DNA of 64,000 nucleotides from Alphaproteobacteria bacterium (GTDB taxonomy: Bacteria > Pseudomonadota > Alphaproteobacteria > CAAHEQ01 > UBA3637): contig JAZRDB010000013.1 of assembly GCA_045660045.1 (NCBI GenBank), positions 612-64,611 on the forward strand, read 5' to 3'. The position numbers and the translations under genes were made by a program. Below, one piece after another: positions 50,703 through 60,479 of this stretch (the first letter of the stretch is position 1; each line of letters starts with the position of its first letter). The notes under the pieces were generated by a model. That model saw nothing but the letters and a program-made list of their open reading frames with translations, was not told the origin of the DNA and did no database searches.

Positions 50703-51332
50703 ATGGCCAATTCAGGAAGAACACCTTGGCAATTGACACGCCTGCTGATGATTCTTTGTTGGCTATTGTGGATTATAACATTTTTTATAACGGTCACTTT
50801 GTTTCAGGCTGTTCTGCAGATTCACGTTGTATCGCAAGTTCTTCAAAACGTGGAAAAAAGCTTTATGTGGTTTAGCCAAGATTTAGTTCGAGCCACGCCG
50901 TTGAATGTTGTTGATCGGGGGCGTTTGGATGAAATGTTGGTACGGTATTATTTGGAAATGAGGTATTCTGTGATTCCTGATCGAGCCGAAATGGAACATC
51001 GTTGGGGTGAGAATGGTATTGTGGCATATTTGTCCAGCCCTGCTGAATATAAGAATTTTAAACCAAATTCAAGTTTTTTTGACAAGGTTGATAATATGCA
51101 ACCGAGTGTGGTGGATATTTTGAAAGTGGATCGCAAAGGTACCTATTTTACTGTTGACTTCGACGTCTATACTTTCGATGGATCCACAAATTGGAGAAAA
51201 GAACCACGGCGCGTTGTGGTACAATATACCTATGCATCGGGGCGTAAGTTGTTGGGGAAATCAATATCAAATCCATTTGGTTTTATTGTAACGCGGGTGG
51301 ATGAATCTGACAGAAAATCGGTGACGCAGTAA
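50703..51332 (+). CDS. virB8: Type IV secretion system protein VirB8 (copy a)
   Basis: 209 aa with a short cytoplasmic N-terminus, one TM helix (LLMILCWLLWIITFFITVTLF) and a periplasmic NTF2-like domain with VRYYLEMRYS and …VVVQYTY… motifs. Confidence 0.7.
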   Translation: MANSGRTPWQLTRLLMILCWLLWIITFFITVTLFQAVLQIHVVSQVLQNVEKSFMWFSQDLVRATPLNVVDRGRLDEMLVRYYLEMRYSVIPDRAEMEHRWGENGIVAYLSSPAEYKNFKPNSSFFDKVDNMQPSVVDILKVDRKGTYFTVDFDVYTFDGSTNWRKEPRRVVVQYTYASGRKLLGKSISNPFGFIVTRVDESDRKSVTQ

Positions 51333-51401
51333 TTTTTTAATTGATAAAATTATTTAAAGTGTTAAAATGAAAATTATGAAGGGATAACAGAAAGGGTGAA
51401 A

Positions 51402-51578
51402 ATGCAAAAAATAGTTTATACATGTTTGGCTGTAGCAGCCATTGTTTTGGGGGCTTGTGGAACGATTTATGAAAAAGCACCGGTTGGAATTGGCACGGAA
51501 TATTCCGAGTTGAAAAAATCCCCTTGTGCATGTTTGGAGTTAAAGAAAGCACCAGAAGTGCCAGAATGGTTCTCGTAA
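51402..51578 (+). CDS. virB7: VirB7-like small lipoprotein
   Basis: 58 aa with lipobox IVLGAC. Its size and its position between two virB8 genes and upstream of virB9 match rvh-type loci. Confidence 0.5.
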   Translation: MQKIVYTCLAVAAIVLGACGTIYEKAPVGIGTEYSELKKSPCACLELKKAPEVPEWFS

Positions 51579-51594
51579 ATTAAAGTGAGGATGT

Positions 51595-52302
51595 ATGGCG
51601 GATCAAGAACAAACGTCTTCTCATCCACGCAATGCGCGTGAGGTTTTGCAAGAAGAGCGCTATCTTTGGATGGCGCGTGCGTTTGTTGTGATGATGGTTT
51701 TGGCCATTATTTGTGATGTGATTTTGTTGATCGCTTTGGCAAATGTGACGCCTGTGTTACGTATTCAGCCATTTTATTTGGAAATTCAAAACAAAGACCA
51801 ACAAATTGTTTCGGTAAAACGTCCCTCGCTTGAAACATTGAATTCGGATACCTTAAAAGAATCTTTGGTTCGTCAGTATATCTTGTCGCGTTTTGGTGTG
51901 GGGTCTGATCTGACGGAACTGGAGGAAAGATGGGGACCCAAAGGGCCTGTGTTTTGGATGAGTGATCAATCTGTGTATGATGAATTTGTTCAAAAACAAT
52001 CTGTTCCTGCTCAAAATAAAGCTCGTAAAGATAATTTTATTCGTGATGTGCGTGTGTTAAGTGTGAACAAAACGCATGATGGTGGGCCGATGGGATCGGA
52101 TATGTGGCAGGCTGAATTGGAATTTCAAGATACCGACAGAACAACCACCAAACCGATTATTTCTAATTGTGTGGCAAATATGGCCACTGCTTTTCGTCCA
52201 ACAAAACCCGGTTTGACATGGTCAGATCGTCTTAAAAATCCACTTGGTTTTGTTATGTTGGATTTTGGTATTAAGTGTACCCAACAAAAAACGAAAAAAT
52301 AA
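51595..52302 (+). CDS. virB8: Type IV secretion system protein VirB8 (copy b)
   Basis: 235 aa with a TM helix (FVVMMVLAIICDVILLIALANV) and an NTF2-like domain (…LVRQYILSRFGVG…WQAELEFQD…). Confidence 0.7.
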   Translation: MADQEQTSSHPRNAREVLQEERYLWMARAFVVMMVLAIICDVILLIALANVTPVLRIQPFYLEIQNKDQQIVSVKRPSLETLNSDTLKESLVRQYILSRFGVGSDLTELEERWGPKGPVFWMSDQSVYDEFVQKQSVPAQNKARKDNFIRDVRVLSVNKTHDGGPMGSDMWQAELEFQDTDRTTTKPIISNCVANMATAFRPTKPGLTWSDRLKNPLGFVMLDFGIKCTQQKTKK

Positions 52303-52377
52303 TATTTTTTTACTGGACTTTCTTTTTGTTTTTAGATAAGCTGAAATAAAGCGGTGTCTAGACATAAGGAGGAACCG

Positions 52378-54054
52378 GTGAAAAAAAAGATATTTTTTAG
52401 GGGAGTTTTGCTTGTTTTAACAGGGGTTTTAGGGGCCTTTGCTTTGCCAGCTGTTGCTCAAATGAATTTACCAACAGATCCTCAAGCTCAACAAGTAGCA
52501 GATGCTATTGCTGGCGCTTCGGGGGAATATGATGAGGTGAATTTGGATTACATCCACCCACTTGGTATGCAACAAAAAGCATGGAATAATCCTTTGGCAC
52601 ATATGGGATCTGGACAAAGTAAACCAGGTTATTCGAAATATAATTGGACACCAGACACTGTGTTGCCTGTGCGTTTGCGTGAAGGAATGATGACTTTGAT
52701 CAATTTGCCAACATGGGAGTTGATTGAAAAAGTTCATATTGGCGCGCCGGAATCATTTAATGGGGAAGTTGTTTCTCCAAACTCAATGCTTTTATATGCT
52801 GATCCTTCGTATTTGGGCGTGGATGGAAATATGATTATTTTTGGTCGATCCGGCAATCGTTATGTGTTCTATTTGCGTAGTGAGACATTTAACACAGATA
52901 AGATTACACAATCTGTTGTGGATGTGTTGGTTGGACCACGTTGGACACCCGTTGCGGATGGGGGACAAATGGTTAATGGCAGTGGCGCTTCTTCTATGGC
53001 TTCAATGCCTTTAATGGCAGCTGGTTCACCGATTTCGCGCGGTGTCAGTGGAGGAAGTTCTGCAATGGCAGTTAATTTGGCAGACGAATGGAAAAATAGC
53101 GTGCCAATGGATCCAGAAGCATTGAAGTTTGATTTGGATATGTTTTTACCAAATCCAGATGATGTAGATATTGCCCCAGACAATGTGTGGCGTGATAATA
53201 TCTTCACATACATTGATTTGGGACCAAAGGCATTAACAATGGTACAACGACCAGTTGTGAGTTTGATTGTTCAAGATACAGAGGTGCCCGTCGGATTTAG
53301 AACACGTGGTCCGAACAGCCGTTTGATTGTTGTAGAAGCTATTGGTGATTTGGTCTTGCGAAATGGCCAAAAAGTGATTTGTATTAAATTGCGTCGTGAT
53401 CCCGCGGCTGGTTTGGAATATACCGATTATTCCGGCTTTAATGAAAAACCATATGCTTATAACCAGCAATTACCTGTTCGGGGTCAAGATTTGCCGAACC
53501 CAGAAGTAACGTTGTATGGTGGTACTGTGTTACATGGTCAAAATCCATATGCTCCAGCGCAAAATGGTGGCACAATGAACTTGGCTTATGCCACAGAAAC
53601 AGGTGGTATGAATCCGTATGCGGGTGCAATTAACCCATATTGTGATGATACAACGGGGGCTAATCGTTGTGGTGGTACAGCCGCATGGCAACCAATTCAC
53701 GCCATTCCAAGTAATGTGCGTAATTCGTCTGCAGCCCATGCAAATATTGATGCAATTCAAGCAAATCGAAATGTGATTATGCCAATTGCCGCAAAAGAAA
53801 ATATTGCATTGGAGTTTGGTACAGCTGCCGAAATCGCGGATTTGGAGAAATTGTGGGAACAGATTTATTCCAACAATGCTGATTTATTGGCTGGATATGA
53901 TCCATATTATTCCGCAGATACATCAGCAACGGGTGATATGGTTGATTTGTTCCGTTTGCGTGTTGGGACTGTCAAAGATGCCGAAACGGGTGATGCGTTA
54001 TGTCGGAAATTGGGGCGTCGCGGTTATTCATGTTCGGTGGTCAGAATTAAATAG
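52378..54054 (+). CDS. virB9: Type IV secretion system protein VirB9 with a Gly/Ser-rich insertion and a C-terminal SPOR-like peptidoglycan-binding domain
   Basis: GTG start at 52378 behind an AAGGAGG RBS gives the signal peptide (V)KKKIFFRGVLLVLTGVLGAFALPAVAQ; the ORF track starts at 52354. It has a VirB9/CagX N-terminal domain (…TLINLPTWELIEKVHIG…RYVFYLRS…) and C-terminal domain (…FTYIDLGPKALTMVQRPVVSLIVQD…ICIKLRR). A ~200-aa extension follows, ending in a SPOR-like motif (DLFRLRVGTVKDAETGDALCRKLGRRGYSCSVVRI). Confidence 0.75.
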   Translation: MKKKIFFRGVLLVLTGVLGAFALPAVAQMNLPTDPQAQQVADAIAGASGEYDEVNLDYIHPLGMQQKAWNNPLAHMGSGQSKPGYSKYNWTPDTVLPVRLREGMMTLINLPTWELIEKVHIGAPESFNGEVVSPNSMLLYADPSYLGVDGNMIIFGRSGNRYVFYLRSETFNTDKITQSVVDVLVGPRWTPVADGGQMVNGSGASSMASMPLMAAGSPISRGVSGGSSAMAVNLADEWKNSVPMDPEALKFDLDMFLPNPDDVDIAPDNVWRDNIFTYIDLGPKALTMVQRPVVSLIVQDTEVPVGFRTRGPNSRLIVVEAIGDLVLRNGQKVICIKLRRDPAAGLEYTDYSGFNEKPYAYNQQLPVRGQDLPNPEVTLYGGTVLHGQNPYAPAQNGGTMNLAYATETGGMNPYAGAINPYCDDTTGANRCGGTAAWQPIHAIPSNVRNSSAAHANIDAIQANRNVIMPIAAKENIALEFGTAAEIADLEKLWEQIYSNNADLLAGYDPYYSADTSATGDMVDLFRLRVGTVKDAETGDALCRKLGRRGYSCSVVRIK

Positions 54055-54062
54055 GGTGTAGT

Positions 54063-57000
54063 ATGGCTGGTAGTCACGAGAGTTTATCAGAGCAATCAAG
54101 ACGTAGAACCTCATGGATTTTATCTGTGTTGGGGTTGATTGTGTTAATTCTCTTTGTGGCGGTTTTGTGCTCGATGCGCAAAAAAAGCACTCAGGTTGTG
54201 CAACGCGAGGATCGTCCAAGTTTTGTTGTTCAATCAACATTCGGAGATGACTCAGATTTCAGTGGAACATTACCTGAATTTGGTGTGCGTAATGCCCAAT
54301 TAGTGGTTACGCCTGATAATGTTGATTTGTCACAGGTTGTTTTGGGATCTCAAGCAGAAGCTGCCTTGGTATTGCGCGCTGAAAATGGTCCTTTAGTCTT
54401 TTTGCAAAAATATCTTGCAGAAGCGCCAGAAGGTGGCTTTATGTTGACTGGTCCTTGTATGGAAAAAACACAATTAGAAGAGGGCGAGGAATGTTTATTG
54501 AAAGTAACTTGGGCACCTATTACAGTTCAAACTATTCAAAACACATTGACAATTGTATGGCGAGAAGATAATGCTCGTGTGTTTCAAGATGAAAGAACGC
54601 AGATTCAATTGAAAGCCAGCTCGACAGATTCCAAGGAATGTGTGTGCTGCGAAATTGAAAAAGACAAAGATCCAAAGGTGCCACGTAAGGTAGTTGGCAT
54701 TGATGGTCAAGAGCGTGAATTAAAAGATGGCGAAAAAGTTGTTGGCGAAGTTATTTTGGATGAAGAGGGAAATGTTGTCGCGATTGTTGAGCCAGAACGT
54801 GTTGCTTTGGGCTTGAACAACGAATATTTGGGCCGTGTGACGGATCGTCGGACGGTTGAAGATAAAAATGGCGAAGTGCTAGGACGGTTATTGGGAGATG
54901 ACACGCTGGTTGATTCTGAATTTAACGTCCTGGGTGCCGCTGTCCCATTGGTTTCTGTGTTGGATGCTCAAGGCGTTGTTATTGGGAAGATGGTGGCCGA
55001 TGATGATGGAGCTCGTGTTGTGGATGCGGAAGGAAATGTTATTGGTACACCTCGTGTAGATAAATCGGTGGTGGATAAAGCTGGTTTCCAAATTGGTATG
55101 TTACGTGATTGGGGCGCAGCGTTGGATTTATCGGGTAATTACATGGGTGTGATTTTACCAACAGCCGCGGTTATTGGTACAGATAAAAAGATTATGGGCT
55201 ACATCCAACAAAACGGTTTTGTCACAAATGATGCAGGCGCTTTGGTGGGCGGAGTGGTCCCCAAAGGTGCGGGTGTTGGAACTGGATGTCGTTCATATGG
55301 AACAGTTGCATTAACGGGCCAAGTCAAAGATACATATGGTCAAGTGATTGGTCGTGTGTTATTGGATGGGGCTGTTGTTGATACGAATTTCAACGAAATC
55401 GGTTCTGTTGTGAATCAAGGTTTGATTGTCAACATGAAGGGAGATGTTGTTGGTTTTGTCAATTCTGAAGGGAAAGGGGTTGATGGTAAAGGTAATTTGA
55501 TGGGCTGTGTTTCGCCAAATGGCATGGTGGCTGCTGGGAAAAAGGTTGTTGGTGGTGTGATGCAAAAAGGATATGTAACAGGTGAAACTTGTGGTGTTCT
55601 TGGTTCTGTTTATCCAAATGCTCAGGTGATGTCTGCCGAGCTACGTGAGATTGGTAAGGTGCGTGCTGATGGGTATGTCATTAATGGTAATAACAAAAGA
55701 ATAGGAGTTGTTGTGCCGCATGGAACAGTTTTGGCTGAAGGATGTCGTTTGGTTGGCGTGATTTCTGTCACTGGACAAGTATTGAATCAACAAAATATGT
55801 CTGTTGGGTGTATTAATATGGAGAAGAAAGCGATTGATACCGAGGGACGAGAAGTCGGCAAAATTACGCCAACAGGCCCTGTTTTGGCAGCAGATGGTTC
55901 TTTGGTTGGTCGTGCACGGTATGATGGTCGCATTGTTGATAAAACAGGCAAGATTATTGATTGCGTGAGTCCAGAAGGTACAGGAGTTGGAACCAAACGG
56001 GGCGTTGTTTTGGATGAAAATGGTTTGCCAACAGGATGGACTGCTTTGGCTGGGAAGTGTTATAATGATCGCAACGAAGAAGTAGGGACAATCGCTTTTA
56101 ACGGATGGGTTTCGGATAAAGAAGGTAAAATGATCGGTTTTATGCCTGCAGATGGTGTTGTATTTGGATTGGATGGTGTGGTCTTAGGAAGCTATAATCA
56201 ATTGATGGGAACTGCAACCGATACAAAAGGTGATCCGCTGGGACGTGTGATGCCGGATGGAACTGTGTTAGATTCAGATGGGCATAAGATTTTGGGATCT
56301 TTAATTCCTGAAAGTGCAACGTTTCTTAGTTTGGATGGCTCTGTTTTAGGAACGTTAAATTATGAAGGTCGATTATTAAATGAAACAGGACAATCTGCAG
56401 GGCGTGTTTTATCTGATGGTGCCGTGTATAATGCCGAAAACGTTTTAATTGGTGGCGTGATTAGATCTGGGATTGTTTTGGCGGCTAATGGATCAGAGGT
56501 TGGATTTGCCAATGTCAAAGGGGATGTTTTGTCAAAAGGAACACGTATTGCCAATTTATTGCCCAATGGATTGGCTGTGACGCCGGATAATCGAGTGTTA
56601 GGTCGTTTGTGGGATAATATGACTGTTGCCGTGTCGGCTGGTGGTGTGATTGGCCCAGTTGTGCTGCGCGCGACTTCTGGCGATAACTCGACATATCAGG
56701 CTGCCGTGTATGATAGAAATGGTAGTTATGTTGGAGCGATGTCTGGCTATGGTGTTTTGTTGAACAGTGATGGGCGCTTGGGCGGCATTGCTTTCCCTGT
56801 CACAATGGTTGTTAATATGGACCATGAATTAATTGGTTGGGTTGGCTTTAGAGGGATGGTGATAAATGCAGAAGGACAAGTCATTGGTCAATTAAGTCAA
56901 AATGGTTTAGTGATGAACTCGACAGGAGCGATTGTTGGAACAGTATTATCTAAAGGAACGGTTGTTGATGGGCGTGGTGGTTTTGTGGGGCGTGTAGCTG

Positions 57001-60000
57001 CTAATGGTGGTATCTATAATGGGTCTGGCGCAACAGGATTGTTTGTCGGTCCGCAAACCTATATCTTTAATGAAGATATGTCCATCAATGCTCGTGTGTT
57101 GAAAGATGGTTTGGCGATTGATTCCTCTGGTCAAGTGTTGGGTTGGACTGGTTTTACTGGGCAAATAATGAATTCAGAACGGGCATTAGGGGCGGTTGCC
57201 TTGGATAATCGTGTGACAAGTACCGAAGGTGAACTGGTGGCAAGCTATGTTCCATTGGGTGCGCCATCTATGCATGACGACGAAAAAATGTGCGCGGTTG
57301 TTGCAGAAAATGGGACGGCGGTTTCGGCAAGCGGACGTGCTATCGGAACAGTTATGGCTCCTGATTATGTGGTGCAAAACAATATTATTGTGGGACGCAT
57401 TCATCCAAGCTCGTTGTTTGTTCGTAATTTGACAAATTCAAGTTTAATGGGAATTGCAGATTTAGATGGTATGGTATATCGTGCCAATACGGCTCGACAA
57501 TCTGGTACGATGGAAATGAACGATTTGGTTGTTGATTCAACGAAAAAAGTTGTTGCAGGTTTGGTTGGTACAGGTTTTGCAACATCCAACAACTTAAAGT
57601 CTTTGGGACGTGAAAATTATACTGGTTCTGTATGGTTAGCTGGCAAAGTGATAGGATCAGCGTCGGCAATTAATGTGGTTGAACAAGGTGATTCAATAAC
57701 AGGTGGCATTTTTGAACCCGCGGTTATTGTGGATCGTAATGGACTTGAAATCGGTCGTTCGGATGCGTTGGCGGCTGTAACAGATAAGACGGGCAAAAAG
57801 ATTGCTTCTCGGATGGCATTTTATTCCGCTTTAACTCCAGAAACTTTGTGGGCTGGTGGTCCTATTCGAACGGGTGCCGTGATTGATGACTATGCGCGCA
57901 AAGTTGGGACGGTTGCAGGAGATGGTTTAATTATGGCCGGAAGCTCATTAAAAGGACGCATCTTGTCGGATGGTAGTGCTGCGGCAGTTGCCAATAAATC
58001 TGTGTATAATCCCATGCCTTATACGGGGCATTTAGTGACCCAAGGTTTGCCGATGGGATATAATAAGGCAGTTTTGGGTCGGACCACTATTCAAGGAGAT
58101 TTATTGGATGCCTCGGATAAGGTTATTTTCCAAGAACTGGACGATGCTTCCATCTTGGGCAAAGCAAGGCCGTTGGAAGGTATGGTATTGCCATTCAGAC
58201 CGGCCGTTTCTCAAAATAATACATTATTGGGTGTGTTGGACGGAAGTGGAAAAGTTGTTGATCACGCAGGCAATGAGATTGGGCCAGTTGTGAGCAATGG
58301 TGCGGTCAAGGGCGATCATGAGTTGAAAATTTTAGGATCCTTAATTCCAGAAACATTGGTGGTAAATGAATGTAAGGTGATTGGTCAAACGTCTTATAAT
58401 GGTGAAGTCATTAATGGTCAAGGTAATACAATTGGTCGTATGCAGGCGGATCAGTGGGCTGAAGATCCTCAGGGCAAACGTTTGGGCCGCTCTGTGCGCC
58501 ATGGCCCAGTGATGAGTCCAACTCATCCAGCGATTTATTTGGGTCGCACAATGCCAGATTCAACTGTTGTTGATACAGATGGTGCAATGTTGGGATGTGC
58601 ACAAAATGATAAGATTGTGAAAGATGCCAATGGTAATATGTTGGGCGCTGTGATTGACCGTGGTCCCGTGTTTAACAAAGCAGGCGATATGTATGGTCGT
58701 GTGGACGCCATGGGACGTGTGATTGGCGTGGATAATGAAGTGTTGGGATACATTATCGGAGATGGAACGGATCGTGCTTTTGATTTCAATGGAAATGAAA
58801 TCGGTCGGATGGTTTCTAAAACAGATGAAATTTTATTTGATGAAAATGGTAAATTTATCGGTACGTTTGATTTAGAGGGATATCGTAAAGATGCAGACGG
58901 TAACATTTTGTTCCGCGTGGGTAAAGATGGTACACTTTATGATAAGTGGGGTAATCCAATCGGCAAATTGGGCGATGGCATGGATTACATATACTTGTAT
59001 GATATGCAAGATAAAATTGTGGGTCGCTTGAATGGGTGTGATTTGCAAAAATTGCCAGGTAATGAAAAAATGGGTTCTATTTTGGCGAATGGTGATATTC
59101 GTGATCCAAATAATGAATTAATTTTAACAACCAGTGCGGATGGTAAGGTGTATAACCCAGATGGGACACAATACGGTCGCTTTGCCGGTGTTGGATTGGA
59201 TTTGCGCCGTTGTGGTTTGTCTTCTAGTAATGTTGGAGCTGGTCGCAAAATTACATGGGGAACAAAACAATACAACATTGATGATGGTGGTATGATTACA
59301 GACAATACGGGAAGAGTGGTTGGTAGTTGGGATGCCGTGAATAATCGTCCTTATATTTGGGATACCGCAGGGGAACAAAATGAACTACGAGAACCACCTC
59401 CTGCACCAAAAGTTCCAAAGATTCCATCTGAAGTTCGTGCTACATTTGACGATTTGCAAAAGAAGCGTCGTGCCCAGATGAAGGAAAAAATAGGTGGTCA
59501 ACCTGCAATCATTCCTGGCCCTGAAATTTTGGCTCGTGCCAAAGGCCACAAGGATAAAGATTGGTCCTCGGTTGGAACCAATAAGAGTAATATTTCTACA
59601 TGGCCAGTGGATATGTCCCGAGTGTTGTTAGCTGATAAAGCAGTACCGGCTGTTTTGGTGCGTTCAATAGATTCTCGTTATCCAACAGTGCCTGTGACAG
59701 CTATTGTAGAGCGTCATATTTATGCGGAAGCCGGTCGTAATATCTTGATCCCAGCTGGTAGCCGTTTGATTGGCCAAGCAACATCTAAAACTGGTATCTT
59801 TGGTTCTGATCAGGCCGCTAAGATTGACATATCTTGGAAACGATTGATTAGACCAGATGGTGCTGCGTTTAAGTTTGAAGCCGTGTCTGGTGATGCACAA
59901 GGGCGTGGTGGCGTGGCTGCCTATTTGGATTTGCAGTTGATGAAAAAGTTTATGTTGCCGTTCGTGTCTACAATTGGGCAATGGCCAATCTTGAAGGCAA

Positions 60001-60470
60001 CTGAATTGAATGAGAAAGACAGCGTAGCTTCTACAACACAAAACTCTTCTGGTGGAACAACGTCTCAAACGGCGGCATCGCAAACGCGGACCGCATTTAT
60101 TGACAATTTCAAAGAAATGTGGGAGAAGTTGATGGAAATGGCAGAGGAAGTGCCGAATATTGTATATGTGCCATCTGGCACGCGTTTGACGGCTTTTGCT
60201 AGCGAAGATTTATGGCTACGTTCTGTGGAAGACGATGAAGAGGCTATGAAAAAAGAGTTTGGTTTCTCGCCTAGCGCATTATTACCGAATAATGGTTCTT
60301 GGGTCAATGGACGTAAAGATAAAAATGATGGGGGGGGCTCTAAAAATAAAAAAGAAGATTCCGTTCCTTCGCCACCCCAAGAGGAGCCTATCTATGTCCC
60401 AGACGATATTGATGACAGGGTGAGAAAGCCGGTGAATCAGCAGCCCGAACAACCACCTGCATATTTCTAA
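54063..60470 (+). CDS. virB10: Giant type IV secretion system protein VirB10 (2135 aa) with a ~1700-aa internal repeat domain
   Basis: N-terminal TM helix (WILSVLGLIVLILFVAVLCS). About 95 degenerate 17-18-aa repeats of the form G-x-x-[IVL]-G-x-[VI]-x-x-[DN]-G-x-V-[VIL]-[DN]. A proline stretch (PPPAPKVPKIP) follows. The C-terminal VirB10/TrbI domain includes VPAVLVRSIDS…, ILIPAGSRLIGQ… and ISWKRLIRPDG…. The acidic tail ends …PPAYF. Confidence 0.8.
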   Translation: MAGSHESLSEQSRRRTSWILSVLGLIVLILFVAVLCSMRKKSTQVVQREDRPSFVVQSTFGDDSDFSGTLPEFGVRNAQLVVTPDNVDLSQVVLGSQAEAALVLRAENGPLVFLQKYLAEAPEGGFMLTGPCMEKTQLEEGEECLLKVTWAPITVQTIQNTLTIVWREDNARVFQDERTQIQLKASSTDSKECVCCEIEKDKDPKVPRKVVGIDGQERELKDGEKVVGEVILDEEGNVVAIVEPERVALGLNNEYLGRVTDRRTVEDKNGEVLGRLLGDDTLVDSEFNVLGAAVPLVSVLDAQGVVIGKMVADDDGARVVDAEGNVIGTPRVDKSVVDKAGFQIGMLRDWGAALDLSGNYMGVILPTAAVIGTDKKIMGYIQQNGFVTNDAGALVGGVVPKGAGVGTGCRSYGTVALTGQVKDTYGQVIGRVLLDGAVVDTNFNEIGSVVNQGLIVNMKGDVVGFVNSEGKGVDGKGNLMGCVSPNGMVAAGKKVVGGVMQKGYVTGETCGVLGSVYPNAQVMSAELREIGKVRADGYVINGNNKRIGVVVPHGTVLAEGCRLVGVISVTGQVLNQQNMSVGCINMEKKAIDTEGREVGKITPTGPVLAADGSLVGRARYDGRIVDKTGKIIDCVSPEGTGVGTKRGVVLDENGLPTGWTALAGKCYNDRNEEVGTIAFNGWVSDKEGKMIGFMPADGVVFGLDGVVLGSYNQLMGTATDTKGDPLGRVMPDGTVLDSDGHKILGSLIPESATFLSLDGSVLGTLNYEGRLLNETGQSAGRVLSDGAVYNAENVLIGGVIRSGIVLAANGSEVGFANVKGDVLSKGTRIANLLPNGLAVTPDNRVLGRLWDNMTVAVSAGGVIGPVVLRATSGDNSTYQAAVYDRNGSYVGAMSGYGVLLNSDGRLGGIAFPVTMVVNMDHELIGWVGFRGMVINAEGQVIGQLSQNGLVMNSTGAIVGTVLSKGTVVDGRGGFVGRVAANGGIYNGSGATGLFVGPQTYIFNEDMSINARVLKDGLAIDSSGQVLGWTGFTGQIMNSERALGAVALDNRVTSTEGELVASYVPLGAPSMHDDEKMCAVVAENGTAVSASGRAIGTVMAPDYVVQNNIIVGRIHPSSLFVRNLTNSSLMGIADLDGMVYRANTARQSGTMEMNDLVVDSTKKVVAGLVGTGFATSNNLKSLGRENYTGSVWLAGKVIGSASAINVVEQGDSITGGIFEPAVIVDRNGLEIGRSDALAAVTDKTGKKIASRMAFYSALTPETLWAGGPIRTGAVIDDYARKVGTVAGDGLIMAGSSLKGRILSDGSAAAVANKSVYNPMPYTGHLVTQGLPMGYNKAVLGRTTIQGDLLDASDKVIFQELDDASILGKARPLEGMVLPFRPAVSQNNTLLGVLDGSGKVVDHAGNEIGPVVSNGAVKGDHELKILGSLIPETLVVNECKVIGQTSYNGEVINGQGNTIGRMQADQWAEDPQGKRLGRSVRHGPVMSPTHPAIYLGRTMPDSTVVDTDGAMLGCAQNDKIVKDANGNMLGAVIDRGPVFNKAGDMYGRVDAMGRVIGVDNEVLGYIIGDGTDRAFDFNGNEIGRMVSKTDEILFDENGKFIGTFDLEGYRKDADGNILFRVGKDGTLYDKWGNPIGKLGDGMDYIYLYDMQDKIVGRLNGCDLQKLPGNEKMGSILANGDIRDPNNELILTTSADGKVYNPDGTQYGRFAGVGLDLRRCGLSSSNVGAGRKITWGTKQYNIDDGGMITDNTGRVVGSWDAVNNRPYIWDTAGEQNELREPPPAPKVPKIPSEVRATFDDLQKKRRAQMKEKIGGQPAIIPGPEILARAKGHKDKDWSSVGTNKSNISTWPVDMSRVLLADKAVPAVLVRSIDSRYPTVPVTAIVERHIYAEAGRNILIPAGSRLIGQATSKTGIFGSDQAAKIDISWKRLIRPDGAAFKFEAVSGDAQGRGGVAAYLDLQLMKKFMLPFVSTIGQWPILKATELNEKDSVASTTQNSSGGTTSQTAASQTRTAFIDNFKEMWEKLMEMAEEVPNIVYVPSGTRLTAFASEDLWLRSVEDDEEAMKKEFGFSPSALLPNNGSWVNGRKDKNDGGGSKNKKEDSVPSPPQEEPIYVPDDIDDRVRKPVNQQPEQPPAYF

Positions 60471-60479
60471 GGAGCTAGC

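Noticed and set aside
54495-59378. Many 60-120-aa minus-strand ORFs inside virB10 (e.g. 55787..55996, 58535..58906, 58985..59305)
   Set aside because: They are antisense to a strongly supported long CDS and arise from the repetitive, Gly/Val-codon-rich coding strand. They are low-complexity translations.
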